A stretch of DNA of 64,000 nucleotides from an uncultured virus (IMG/VR IMGVR_UViG_3300016471_000568) (Duplodnaviria > Heunggongvirae > Uroviricota > Caudoviricetes), in IMG/VR virus record IMGVR_UViG_3300016471_000568; one strand, written 5' to 3'. Below are positions 27,598-37,451 of the stretch, one piece after another; within the stretch, counting starts at the first letter, position 1, and each line of letters opens with the position of its first letter. The position numbers and the translations under genes were made by a program. The notes below the pieces were generated by a model. It was not told where the DNA came from. It made no database searches and saw nothing but the letters and a program-made list of their open reading frames with translations.

Positions 27598-28776
27598 ATG
27601 TTTAGAATATTTTATGCCGAAAAAGATGCAACATTATATGAATCAGCCGAATTTTACAATACTGGTTTAGATGAGATATTAGAAATTGGAAAACGTTTAG
27701 GAACTGATGGTTCTACTTTATATAAATCAAGAGCGATTATAAAATTTGATTTAAATGAAATAATATCTGCATGTGACAAATATTCAATTAGTGTAAATAA
27801 CTGTAAATTTATGTTACAATTATTTACTACTGATGCAAAAAATTTACCAGCAGATTATTCAATTGATGCTAAAATTTTAGCACAACCATGGGTTAATGGT
27901 ACGGGTTTTTTGTCATCAACCACTGCAACTACTAATGGTGCAAGTTGGGCAACACCATATCATAGTTGGTCATATGGTGCGCAGAGTGGAAATAGTTGGA
28001 TATCATCATCACAACAAATAAACATTCCTCATACATCTTTATATATTTCTGGTTCAGGAAAAGGTGGTAGTTGGTATTGGCAAAGTGGTAGTAGTATATT
28101 TAATTCTGGATTTTTTAATCAAACATTTTTTTATCAACCGGGGTTACAAGAAGCTGAAGATTTTTCATATAGACCTACAGATATCAATATGGACGTTTCA
28201 GATGCGGTACGACTATGGATAAGCGGTTCTGGAAATCATGAAGTGTCAAATCACGGATTTCTTTTAAAATTTTCAGATGTAGATGAATCTAATACAACTA
28301 CTACTGGATATGTAAGATTTTTTAGTAGAGAGACTCATACCATATATGTTCCTAGATTATTGATGTTATTTGATAATTCCGAATATAGTTCTTCATTAAA
28401 TGAAATTGATACCGAATCATTTGTTATACATACTAATACTAAACCTTCATACAAAGATACTGAAATTACGAAGTTAAGAATATATGCTCGAGATAGATAT
28501 CCGCAAAAATCTCCTACTAATTTATTTCCAATAATTACAAATAAACGTTTGCCCGAAAATACCTATTATACTATTAAAGATGCTGCAACGGATGAAACTA
28601 TAATTCCATATGACGATATTTATAATAAAGTAAGTTGCGATAACGTTAGTAATTACATCTATATAGACATGAATGGGTTTATGCCCGAACGATATTATCG
28701 TTTAGAATTTAAACTTATAGATGGATTTACAGAACATTATATCGATGACCAAATTTATTTTAAAGTAGTTAGATAA
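27598..28776 (+). CDS. virion structural protein (DNRLRE-like N-terminal domain)
   Basis: AEKDATLYE...NTGLDEILEIG...SRAIIKFD, NHGFLLK, FFSRE..PRL. Confidence 0.65.
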   Translation: MFRIFYAEKDATLYESAEFYNTGLDEILEIGKRLGTDGSTLYKSRAIIKFDLNEIISACDKYSISVNNCKFMLQLFTTDAKNLPADYSIDAKILAQPWVNGTGFLSSTTATTNGASWATPYHSWSYGAQSGNSWISSSQQINIPHTSLYISGSGKGGSWYWQSGSSIFNSGFFNQTFFYQPGLQEAEDFSYRPTDINMDVSDAVRLWISGSGNHEVSNHGFLLKFSDVDESNTTTTGYVRFFSRETHTIYVPRLLMLFDNSEYSSSLNEIDTESFVIHTNTKPSYKDTEITKLRIYARDRYPQKSPTNLFPIITNKRLPENTYYTIKDAATDETIIPYDDIYNKVSCDNVSNYIYIDMNGFMPERYYRLEFKLIDGFTEHYIDDQIYFKVVR

Positions 28777-29651
28777 TGGCAACAATAAAAACTAATATAC
28801 TAAACATAGAAGAACAACTTAAATATAAAAATTTAGGTATTACATATGTATCTAATAATCCAGATATAATTTCTAGAGATTATTCGGGTAATATTTTAAT
28901 TGCAAATAGTTCATCTAAATTGTTAACAATTGAACCAATATCTGAAAATATTTCTTTAGATTCAGTGTTACGCGTTATAGACACTCAATTTACATTTTAT
29001 AGTTTTCCAGTTAGTATTAAAACAGTCGATGAATCAATAGATTTAGATTTAGATTTAAATTTACAAGATACTGTATTTGCAAGATATCGTCCATCGGCCG
29101 ATCAACGTATACCACAAGAATCATTTTCTGCAGATGAAATTCGTTCTGGCGGTGATATAACAAACATAACCTTTAACGATTATTCCGGAATTGAATTTGG
29201 TGAAGTTTTAGATGGCATATCGCAAAGATTTCCAAATTCATATACTATTTCAAAAGAACTTAAGAATTCTGGTGTAGATTTACGATTTAGAATTAAACTG
29301 CAACATCGATATGATGCACCCGATGCATCCAATGCCGGCGTAGCATTTTTTTCTATAATACGTGCATCAGAACAAGGATTGAATAGAACGTTTCGAACTT
29401 TTGAAAACACTTCGGCTGTATACCCCACTATACCTGGATCAATAAATCAATATGAAGTTCAAAATTTAGAAATTGACATTGTTATTCTTAATTCAGAATT
29501 TGAAATTGGAGATCAATTCAATATTGGTGCAACAAGTTTTCCTGGATCTGACACGAGGTATCATACCATCAATGCATTGCAATCATATTGGGTGATAACT
29601 GATGCAAGTAAAAATGTAGATCTTTGGAATCAGGAAATTTCTGTAGAATAA
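28776..29651 (+). CDS. putative structural protein
   Basis: TAATG-coupled ORF within baseplate module. Confidence 0.7.
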   Translation: MATIKTNILNIEEQLKYKNLGITYVSNNPDIISRDYSGNILIANSSSKLLTIEPISENISLDSVLRVIDTQFTFYSFPVSIKTVDESIDLDLDLNLQDTVFARYRPSADQRIPQESFSADEIRSGGDITNITFNDYSGIEFGEVLDGISQRFPNSYTISKELKNSGVDLRFRIKLQHRYDAPDASNAGVAFFSIIRASEQGLNRTFRTFENTSAVYPTIPGSINQYEVQNLEIDIVILNSEFEIGDQFNIGATSFPGSDTRYHTINALQSYWVITDASKNVDLWNQEISVE

Positions 29652-29677
29652 GAATTAGTTAGAAATAAGACAAATTA

Positions 29678-32600
29678 ATGTTAACACAATATAAAAATAT
29701 AGAACAAATTAAATCTGCAACGAAATCGGTATCTGCAGAACGATTTGAACGTAAAAAATTAGATTTATTTTCAAAAGATTTATATTCTGGTTATTATTTA
29801 AATAATGAAATAACTAATTCTATTAAAAATTCTATTATAGAAATGCATGTATATATAAATGATACATGGATAACTGGAAATCACGCCGTTCAAAATATAC
29901 GAACATCATTACGATCAAAAAATTCTAAAACTTCATCAATTACAGAACGTTCAAAAAATATTGTCATCGATGTATCAAAAGAATTTCAATTATTAAATAT
30001 AACAAATGGATCATTTAAATTCGTATTGAATTTTTTTAAAAATTTAATTGGAAATTATAATGAACAATATTTACGAATTGATGAAATTTCTCCAGATCGT
30101 ACAGAAATTCGACTACGTGCAATTGATATTAATTCAAATTTTTTACAACAAATAACAAATTATATACAAAATGTTAAACAAACATCTGCAACATTTTATA
30201 AATCATATTTATTAAATTTTAGTAGAAATCAATGCGTATTGTTTGTAAATAGCGTAGTAATAGATGATTATTTATATGTTAAATTATTAGATCCATTACC
30301 AGATAATATCGAAGTAGATTTTAAATGTTGGATTGTTGAAGAACAAAAATCTCCATATATTGATAATGTTTTTATATCTCCAAAACAAATAAAAAAACAA
30401 TATAATAAATTAGCTAATCCAAATTGGCAAGCATTTTCTAAACAAGATTTTTCAGCCGAAACTGGATTAAGAACTTGGACAGACTTACTTGGTTCATCTG
30501 TATCTACGTCACAACAAATTGTAGATTCATATTTTTCTTCAAGTTTATCTACCGCTGATTTAAATATTGATTATTCAGATTTTAATAATTTTATTTTTTA
30601 TAGTACTGCAACAGAACGTTTAGCAAATTTTAAATATAAATTAGAATTATTAGAATATTATTCATCTCAAAGTTTAATTTTATCTAGTATTTCAGGAAGT
30701 ACAGCTGTTACAAATATACAAGATTATAGTAATCAAATATCTAATTTAATCAGTGGATTCGATGGTTTTGAAAAGTGGATGTATTATGATTCATCTTCAA
30801 AAATATCTACGTTTTTATTGCCACATGAAGCTCCAATTGTAGATGAACTTACCGGAAGTTATTTATCACCAGTGCCTAAATTAAATTCAACTATACCATA
30901 TAATTTATATTCGGTTTCTAGTAGTCAATTTATAAATTGGTATTCCGGTGTATACAGTTCAGCATCATTATATGATAGTTTGAACTATAATCGATTAGTA
31001 AATTTAGTTCCTGAGTTTATACGATTCGATAATAATAATGTGCAGCTATTAACATTTATCAACATGTTAGCACAACATTATGATATATTTTATGTTTATG
31101 TAAATCATATGCAACGAATTCATAAACGAGATGAAAATCCAAAATTAAGTATGCCGAATGAATTATTATTTTCTGTTGCAAAACAATTTGGATGGACATT
31201 ATCTAATGGAACTCAACATGAAGAATTATGGTCATATATTTTAGGTACTTCTGAAACGGGTGTACCATTAACTGGTTCTAATTCTATTAATAATACTTCA
31301 ATGTCCGGTAAAGAACGTACATATATGATATGGAGGCGTATTGTTAATAATTTACCACTATTACTTAAATCAAAAGGAACAAAACGAAGTATACAAGCAT
31401 TATTATCTTGTTATGGAATTCCGCAATCATTTATTAGCATTAATGAATATGGCGGTCCAAGATTAGATAGAGCACCAGTTTATGAAAAATATAGTTTTAA
31501 TTATGCATTAGATTTAAGTAGTAGTGTTTCGGGTACTGTTGATATAAATTATTCACAATCAATTAATACAGTTGAATTACGATTTCGACCAGATAATGTA
31601 GAAACAAATCCGCTGATACCTAATAATATGAATTTATTTAATATTGGTTCAAATTCGGTTACATTAGAATTTAATAGTGGTAATAAAGGCGTATTACAAA
31701 TTAACGGTACCGGATCTGGATTAATTGAGTTATATAACGATGAATGGCTTTCGGCTATGTTAAAAACAAATGGATCTAATTTAGATTTAATTGTTAAAAA
31801 ATCTAAGTATGGAAAGATAGTGTCTGCAGTTTCTGCTTCTGCAACTGCATCATTTTCCAGTACTGGAACGTTAACACTAGGTGGTACATCATCTGGTACT
31901 AGTAGATTTGTAGGTCAATTACAAGAATTGCGGTTATGGTCTTCATCATTGTTAGAATCAGTATTTGATAATCATGTAAAAGCGGCTGGCGCGTATAATG
32001 CAAATTTAGATGCATATCAAGAATTAATTTTTCGTTTACCACTTAATGAAAAAATCAATCATTCTTTAACTTCAAGTTTAAATGGATATCAACCCAAACA
32101 ATCTGCAATTTCTGCATCATTTGTTAGTTGGTCATTAAATACTCCATATGATTCATATGAAGAAACTCAATACTATGATGCAGTTTCTTTAGCAGTAGGT
32201 ACATATGATGATAATAAAATTCGGTTAGAAACTAATTCTTTAATCGGATCATTAGATATAAAAACTAGAGCCGAACGAAGTCAATATGATACTGCACCTT
32301 TAGATAGTAAAAAATTAGGAGTTTATTTTTCACCACAAACCATGATTGATGAAGATATTATTGCTCAATTAGGTTTTATTAAACTAGATGATTATATTGG
32401 AGATCCTGGAGAAACAGAATCAAAATCATATCCTAAATTAATACAAATTGCACAATCATATTGGAAAAAATATGCAGACCGCAATGACATTAATTCATAT
32501 ATAAAAATGTTTACGTTATTTGATTTATCATTTTTTAGGCAGTTAGAACAATTACTTCCTGCTCGTGTTGATAAATTAACTGGTATTTTAATTCAACCAA

Positions 32601-33250
32601 ATATTTTAGAACGAAATAAAGATAAAATATTACCTACAATCAAAAAATTTGATTCTACATATGAATTGGTAATTTCAGCATCTTCTATAAATACGACTGC
32701 AGATTATTTACAGTATTTAGGACAAATAAATGAATCAATTGTATCGATATCTGCAAATGATGATGATCAATTGCAACTATTTTTAACTGCATCAGATAAA
32801 AAAAAATATTCCGGAGTTACATATTCGCATGAATATTTAATTAAATCTGGAAGTACTTTTATAACAGCATCTAGTCCATATTGGTTAAGTGATGCAATTC
32901 TTCCAACTTATATTGATAGTACGTATTCTGAATTTAAATTAATTAATGCAGTACCGATAACATCATCATTTGCAATTGGTTATTATGGATCTAGTTTATA
33001 TGGGTCTAGTTCATATTATACGTCTAATAATAAAAAATTTACCGGAAGTATTGCCCGGGTACAAGATTATTTACCAAAAGGTATTAATAATCAAAGATAT
33101 TCTGGAGCAAAAATAATATCTGCAGATTTTAATATAAATTCTAGAAATACAATTGATGGCGGACCGGTAGTAGAATTTAGAATAGCAAATCCAAATCAAT
33201 TAATATATCAAAATCAAGATAATGCACAAGGAAGTTTTAGATTAGTTTAA
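29678..33250 (+). CDS. large baseplate protein with LamG-like domain
   Basis: LLKSKGTKRSIQALLSCYG wedge-type motif; LTLGG...FVGQLQELRLW LamG-like. Confidence 0.7.
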   Translation: MLTQYKNIEQIKSATKSVSAERFERKKLDLFSKDLYSGYYLNNEITNSIKNSIIEMHVYINDTWITGNHAVQNIRTSLRSKNSKTSSITERSKNIVIDVSKEFQLLNITNGSFKFVLNFFKNLIGNYNEQYLRIDEISPDRTEIRLRAIDINSNFLQQITNYIQNVKQTSATFYKSYLLNFSRNQCVLFVNSVVIDDYLYVKLLDPLPDNIEVDFKCWIVEEQKSPYIDNVFISPKQIKKQYNKLANPNWQAFSKQDFSAETGLRTWTDLLGSSVSTSQQIVDSYFSSSLSTADLNIDYSDFNNFIFYSTATERLANFKYKLELLEYYSSQSLILSSISGSTAVTNIQDYSNQISNLISGFDGFEKWMYYDSSSKISTFLLPHEAPIVDELTGSYLSPVPKLNSTIPYNLYSVSSSQFINWYSGVYSSASLYDSLNYNRLVNLVPEFIRFDNNNVQLLTFINMLAQHYDIFYVYVNHMQRIHKRDENPKLSMPNELLFSVAKQFGWTLSNGTQHEELWSYILGTSETGVPLTGSNSINNTSMSGKERTYMIWRRIVNNLPLLLKSKGTKRSIQALLSCYGIPQSFISINEYGGPRLDRAPVYEKYSFNYALDLSSSVSGTVDINYSQSINTVELRFRPDNVETNPLIPNNMNLFNIGSNSVTLEFNSGNKGVLQINGTGSGLIELYNDEWLSAMLKTNGSNLDLIVKKSKYGKIVSAVSASATASFSSTGTLTLGGTSSGTSRFVGQLQELRLWSSSLLESVFDNHVKAAGAYNANLDAYQELIFRLPLNEKINHSLTSSLNGYQPKQSAISASFVSWSLNTPYDSYEETQYYDAVSLAVGTYDDNKIRLETNSLIGSLDIKTRAERSQYDTAPLDSKKLGVYFSPQTMIDEDIIAQLGFIKLDDYIGDPGETESKSYPKLIQIAQSYWKKYADRNDINSYIKMFTLFDLSFFRQLEQLLPARVDKLTGILIQPNILERNKDKILPTIKKFDSTYELVISASSINTTADYLQYLGQINESIVSISANDDDQLQLFLTASDKKKYSGVTYSHEYLIKSGSTFITASSPYWLSDAILPTYIDSTYSEFKLINAVPITSSFAIGYYGSSLYGSSSYYTSNNKKFTGSIARVQDYLPKGINNQRYSGAKIISADFNINSRNTIDGGPVVEFRIANPNQLIYQNQDNAQGSFRLV

Positions 33251-33298
33251 CCATAAAAACTACAACATGTATATTTATATTAAATAAGGTAAAAACAT

Positions 33299-33949
33299 AT
33301 GGGATATTTAGATAATTCAAGCGTAACAGTAGACGCAATTTTAACATTAAAAGGTCGAGAACTTTTAGCTAAAGGTGGTGATTCATTTAGTATTACTCAA
33401 TTTGCTTTAGGAGATGATGAGGTTGATTATTCGTTATGGAACCCAGATCATCCTTTAGGAACTGCATATTATGGAACAATTATTGAAAATATGCCAATTG
33501 TAGAAGCAGTTCCTGATGAAACTCAAGCATTAAAATATAAATTAATTACATTGCCTAAGCAAACAACAAATATACCGGTTGTTACAGTTGGTAATAAATC
33601 AATTACATTAAGTGCTCCTGGTGATAGTACTATTATTGCACCAAATACGAGTAATTTCAAAGGCGGTAATGCTACATTAGGATATACTGCAATTTTATCT
33701 GATTCGTCTGTTGCCGATATACAAGTTACTAGAGCCTTACAAAATTCAGTACTTCCAACTACACCTCGTTTTATTGGAGACAACGAAGATGCACAAAGTG
33801 TTGCAGTTGCTGGATTTGAATTCCGGGTTGTTGCTAAAACACAATTAATTGAAGATAAAACAGCTACTATTACAGTAATAGCAAATGAAACAGGTGGTAG
33901 TATTACTGTTAATTTAACAGTTAAAAAAGCAACAACTGCAACATTATAA
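33299..33949 (+). CDS. virion structural protein
   Basis: ILTLKGRELLA...ITQFALGD motif typical of fibre-attachment/baseplate proteins; late box. Confidence 0.65.
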   Translation: MGYLDNSSVTVDAILTLKGRELLAKGGDSFSITQFALGDDEVDYSLWNPDHPLGTAYYGTIIENMPIVEAVPDETQALKYKLITLPKQTTNIPVVTVGNKSITLSAPGDSTIIAPNTSNFKGGNATLGYTAILSDSSVADIQVTRALQNSVLPTTPRFIGDNEDAQSVAVAGFEFRVVAKTQLIEDKTATITVIANETGGSITVNLTVKKATTATL

Positions 33950-33952
33950 AAA

Positions 33953-35233
33953 ATGGAAAATAATATGAAAATGAATAAATTCATTAAACATTTAAAACAA
34001 CAACCTAAATTAGGTGGCACTCCATCTAGTACTAGAAATGAATCAACACAAACTTCTCCGGCTGGTTTATTAGCAGCAACATCAAATGATGCAATTAATT
34101 CTTTAGCAAGGCGACTTGCAAATCAAATTATTGCAGAACGAGATCAAGCACAAATTTTAGCTAGAAATGGTCGTACATATACAAAATTTGACCCCGTAAA
34201 TGATGTTGTTTCAAATCAAACTGAAATTGTAACAGCTGGATTGTGGAGTGATAATTTAGCAAGTTTAACTACATATTACACTGCATCGAGTCAAACTACG
34301 TCGCAACGTAGATATTATACAGATATATATCAAGATACACCTACTGCTGACGGCGCAGCGGTACAATTTTCATTAGCATTCGGTCATGCATTGGGTAGTG
34401 GATCGGATTCTCAAGGACAACTTAATGATTCTCCTAGTAGAGCAATATATTCACAATATCGACAATTATTGTTAGCTCCAACTGATACGCGTTTTACGAC
34501 AGCCGGATCCGGCAGTACTGATTATATTTATGTTATTAACTTTAAACGAAACAGATTAAAAGAACGCTTAGACCCAGGAAATTGGGAACTTCCATTGATT
34601 AATATTAGTTCTCACACAGCAAATGCCACTGGATCTGTTGTTGTTTCTGGTACTACTATAGTTACACTTATTGATGATTCTTCGTTAGCATCTCCTAAAA
34701 TTGGCGAATCTGGAAAAGTTTATAATATTGTTTCTGGTTCTATTAATTCAGGTGTTTATAATTCATCGGCACCTGTATATTATGGATTGGCATATCCAGA
34801 TTATGGTACATTAATATTAGATGGTAAAATGTTAGATCAACAGTTGAGTTTTGCAACAAATGTTTCTTCTAGCTCTGAAGGAAATAATCATTTTTTATTA
34901 TATCATTCAATATCTGGATCTGCAACATTTACAAATCCATTGACGTCTGACCCATATGGATTTTTAGCTCGAAATTCAGAAAAAATAACAAGTACACATT
35001 ATTTTGTTAGAATTAAAAATGCTGAATATAATTTTTCTAATAATCCATCGTATGTCACTGGTAGTGTTGGTCAAATTTCTCAAACAACATTTATTGGTGA
35101 TCCTAAAACATATGTTACAACGGTTGGTTTATATAATGATAGACAAGAATTATTAGCAGTAGCAAAACTTTCAAAACCATTATTAAAATCATTTCAACGA
35201 GAAGCACTTATACGAGTTAAATTAGATTTTTAA
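33953..35233 (+). CDS. baseplate/fibre-attachment structural protein
   Basis: C-terminal YVTTVGLYNDRQELLAVAKLSKP. Confidence 0.65.
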   Translation: MENNMKMNKFIKHLKQQPKLGGTPSSTRNESTQTSPAGLLAATSNDAINSLARRLANQIIAERDQAQILARNGRTYTKFDPVNDVVSNQTEIVTAGLWSDNLASLTTYYTASSQTTSQRRYYTDIYQDTPTADGAAVQFSLAFGHALGSGSDSQGQLNDSPSRAIYSQYRQLLLAPTDTRFTTAGSGSTDYIYVINFKRNRLKERLDPGNWELPLINISSHTANATGSVVVSGTTIVTLIDDSSLASPKIGESGKVYNIVSGSINSGVYNSSAPVYYGLAYPDYGTLILDGKMLDQQLSFATNVSSSSEGNNHFLLYHSISGSATFTNPLTSDPYGFLARNSEKITSTHYFVRIKNAEYNFSNNPSYVTGSVGQISQTTFIGDPKTYVTTVGLYNDRQELLAVAKLSKPLLKSFQREALIRVKLDF

Positions 35234-35246
35234 ATATTCGGAATCT

Positions 35247-35284
35247 AACCCTGTTATATTTATATTAAATGTAGCAGGGTTTTT
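35247..35284 (+). promoter_or_regulatory. hairpin enclosing late box and putative RBS
   Basis: AACCCTGTTATATTT-ATATT-AAATGTAGCAGGGTT, 15-bp stem with two G-U pairs. Confidence 0.65.
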
Positions 35285-35289
35285 ACTAT

Positions 35290-36870
35290 ATGGCACAATC
35301 TAAAATACAAGAATCGACGGAAAATTTTAACGGATTGTATCCTACAGTATTTAAGAAAATTGATCAATCAGATATCAAAATTAATCCGTTTCAAGTATAT
35401 AAATCTTGGAGAATAATTTCTGGAAGTATTTCTTCAAGTGTATTACCATTAAATGGAATTTATACTAATATTAATAGTTTACCTGCTTTGGGTAGTGAAT
35501 TAATATATAATGATGCGTCTAATATCGATGGCAGTTTGCAAAGTATTACGTATTTTTCTATAAATCATTTGTATTATAAAAATAAATCAGAACCACAGAA
35601 AACATATGGACCAACTGATTTAAATCGTACGAAAAAAATATTGTTTCAATCTGCATCAATATTTTCTATTCCGCAAAATAAAATAGGAGAAGGAATACAA
35701 CCAACTTCATTTACATTTACATCATCAGTTTCTGGATCATTTGCAAGCGATCGTTATGGAAATATATATGATACATCATATAATACCGCATCAATAATAA
35801 GTAATGTAAAATGGTATGAAGGATTTAATGAATATTTTGATATTTCTAGAATTTCAAATCAAACAAAAAATGTAACATATGTTCCTGGTATTACTACAAC
35901 AACTGGACAACAACGTGCGTTAGGAATGGCTGCATATTTTTCCGGATCAGGATATATTGAATCTACATTAGATGGGTTGTATGATCGAGATCATGATTAT
36001 GCTATATCATTTTTTATTAGCGGAGGAAATACTACTTCTGAAAATCAAATAATTGCAACAAAAGCATCACAAAGCACAACACCTACATATCCGTTTCGCA
36101 TTGAATTAAGTGGCAGTAATCAATTGATTTTTTCCGCGGCAGGTAGTACTATATATAAAACTCAAATAACTTCTTCACTTAATGTTTCATCTTCTTGGTC
36201 ACATGTAGTTTGTCAAAAAACTGGAAGTACTTTACAAATGTATATTAATAATATATTACATTCTTCTATTTCTGATAATTTATTATCTGTACAGAATTCA
36301 CCATTTACTGCTTCTTCTAGAATTGATAATAAAGACACATTAAAAATTGGTGGTTTTAGCACCAATAGTTCTAATTTACAAGGATATTTAGATGAAATTA
36401 GAATATTTAATAAGTCACTTAACGCTTCGCAAATAAGTTCATTATCCGATCGTAATGAAGGCGGTACGGCGTTGCAAACATCACATGTAGGAAATATATT
36501 TTCTAAACATGGTATAATTGTATTTTCATCTGCAGATTACAGAATTAATGATCTAATAAAAACTCCGTATACGGCATCATATCGAAGTACTGTAACAATT
36601 AATGAATTGTCAATAATTACAAGATTAGATGCAGGAGATTTCAATATGTCTACTAATTTAAGTTTAACAGCTGATGATGATTCTACATATCGTTCATTTG
36701 TTACTAGCAGTAATTTTACTCCATATATTACAACTATTGGTTTGTATAACGGTTACGGTCAACTATTAGCAATTGGAAAATTAGCTCAACCGATACGTAA
36801 ACGAAATGATGTTGATATGAATTTTTTAATACGTTTAGATTTAGATAAAACTATATCAGTTAAAGGATAA
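35290..36870 (+). CDS. LamG (concanavalin-like) domain structural protein
   Basis: WSHVVC, LQMYIN, LKIGG, GYLDEIRIFNKSL; C-terminus paralogous to the upstream gene. Confidence 0.75.
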   Translation: MAQSKIQESTENFNGLYPTVFKKIDQSDIKINPFQVYKSWRIISGSISSSVLPLNGIYTNINSLPALGSELIYNDASNIDGSLQSITYFSINHLYYKNKSEPQKTYGPTDLNRTKKILFQSASIFSIPQNKIGEGIQPTSFTFTSSVSGSFASDRYGNIYDTSYNTASIISNVKWYEGFNEYFDISRISNQTKNVTYVPGITTTTGQQRALGMAAYFSGSGYIESTLDGLYDRDHDYAISFFISGGNTTSENQIIATKASQSTTPTYPFRIELSGSNQLIFSAAGSTIYKTQITSSLNVSSSWSHVVCQKTGSTLQMYINNILHSSISDNLLSVQNSPFTASSRIDNKDTLKIGGFSTNSSNLQGYLDEIRIFNKSLNASQISSLSDRNEGGTALQTSHVGNIFSKHGIIVFSSADYRINDLIKTPYTASYRSTVTINELSIITRLDAGDFNMSTNLSLTADDDSTYRSFVTSSNFTPYITTIGLYNGYGQLLAIGKLAQPIRKRNDVDMNFLIRLDLDKTISVKG

Positions 36871-36871
36871 T

Positions 36872-37426
36872 GTGATACGATTAAAACAACTTCTTTTTGA
36901 AATGACTGATTCGGAAATTCGAAGAATTGAAAAAAAAATTGATAATTCTGAATTTCGATACATCGGTCATGGAGATAATGGACGTGTTTATAAAATAAAC
37001 AATGAAGATTTGGTTTTTAAAATTACAACTAGTACGGATGAAATTGAAGTTGCTCAGCGTATACAAAATAAAATATCTGAATATTCAACATTTATACCTG
37101 TTTTTTATGTTGGAAATTTATCTAAATATCAAAATGTTATTGTCATGTCTAATGCTGAAAAATTAACTTATAAATTAAAACAAAATATAGATCAATTAGT
37201 TGATGAGTTTAAAACATATTCGTATGAACAAGGTGGAGAAGTTTCTTTATTTGATTTTATACAAACTATTGAACCAAATCGGTTTAATGATGTAGTTATA
37301 AATTTTATTAATGCATTACAAACAGATATTAATAAATTAAATATTTTAGACATAGAATTAGATTTAGATTTTAAATCAGATAACATAATGTTATGGAACG
37401 GAAAACTAGTAATGATTGATTGGTAA
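36872..37426 (+). CDS. minimal protein-kinase-like enzyme
   Basis: GHGDNGRVY Gly loop, VFKIT, DFKSDNIM catalytic loop, MIDW. Confidence 0.75.
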   Translation: MIRLKQLLFEMTDSEIRRIEKKIDNSEFRYIGHGDNGRVYKINNEDLVFKITTSTDEIEVAQRIQNKISEYSTFIPVFYVGNLSKYQNVIVMSNAEKLTYKLKQNIDQLVDEFKTYSYEQGGEVSLFDFIQTIEPNRFNDVVINFINALQTDINKLNILDIELDLDFKSDNIMLWNGKLVMIDW

Positions 37427-37451
37427 TATTTATTAAAAAAAGAATTAAAAC

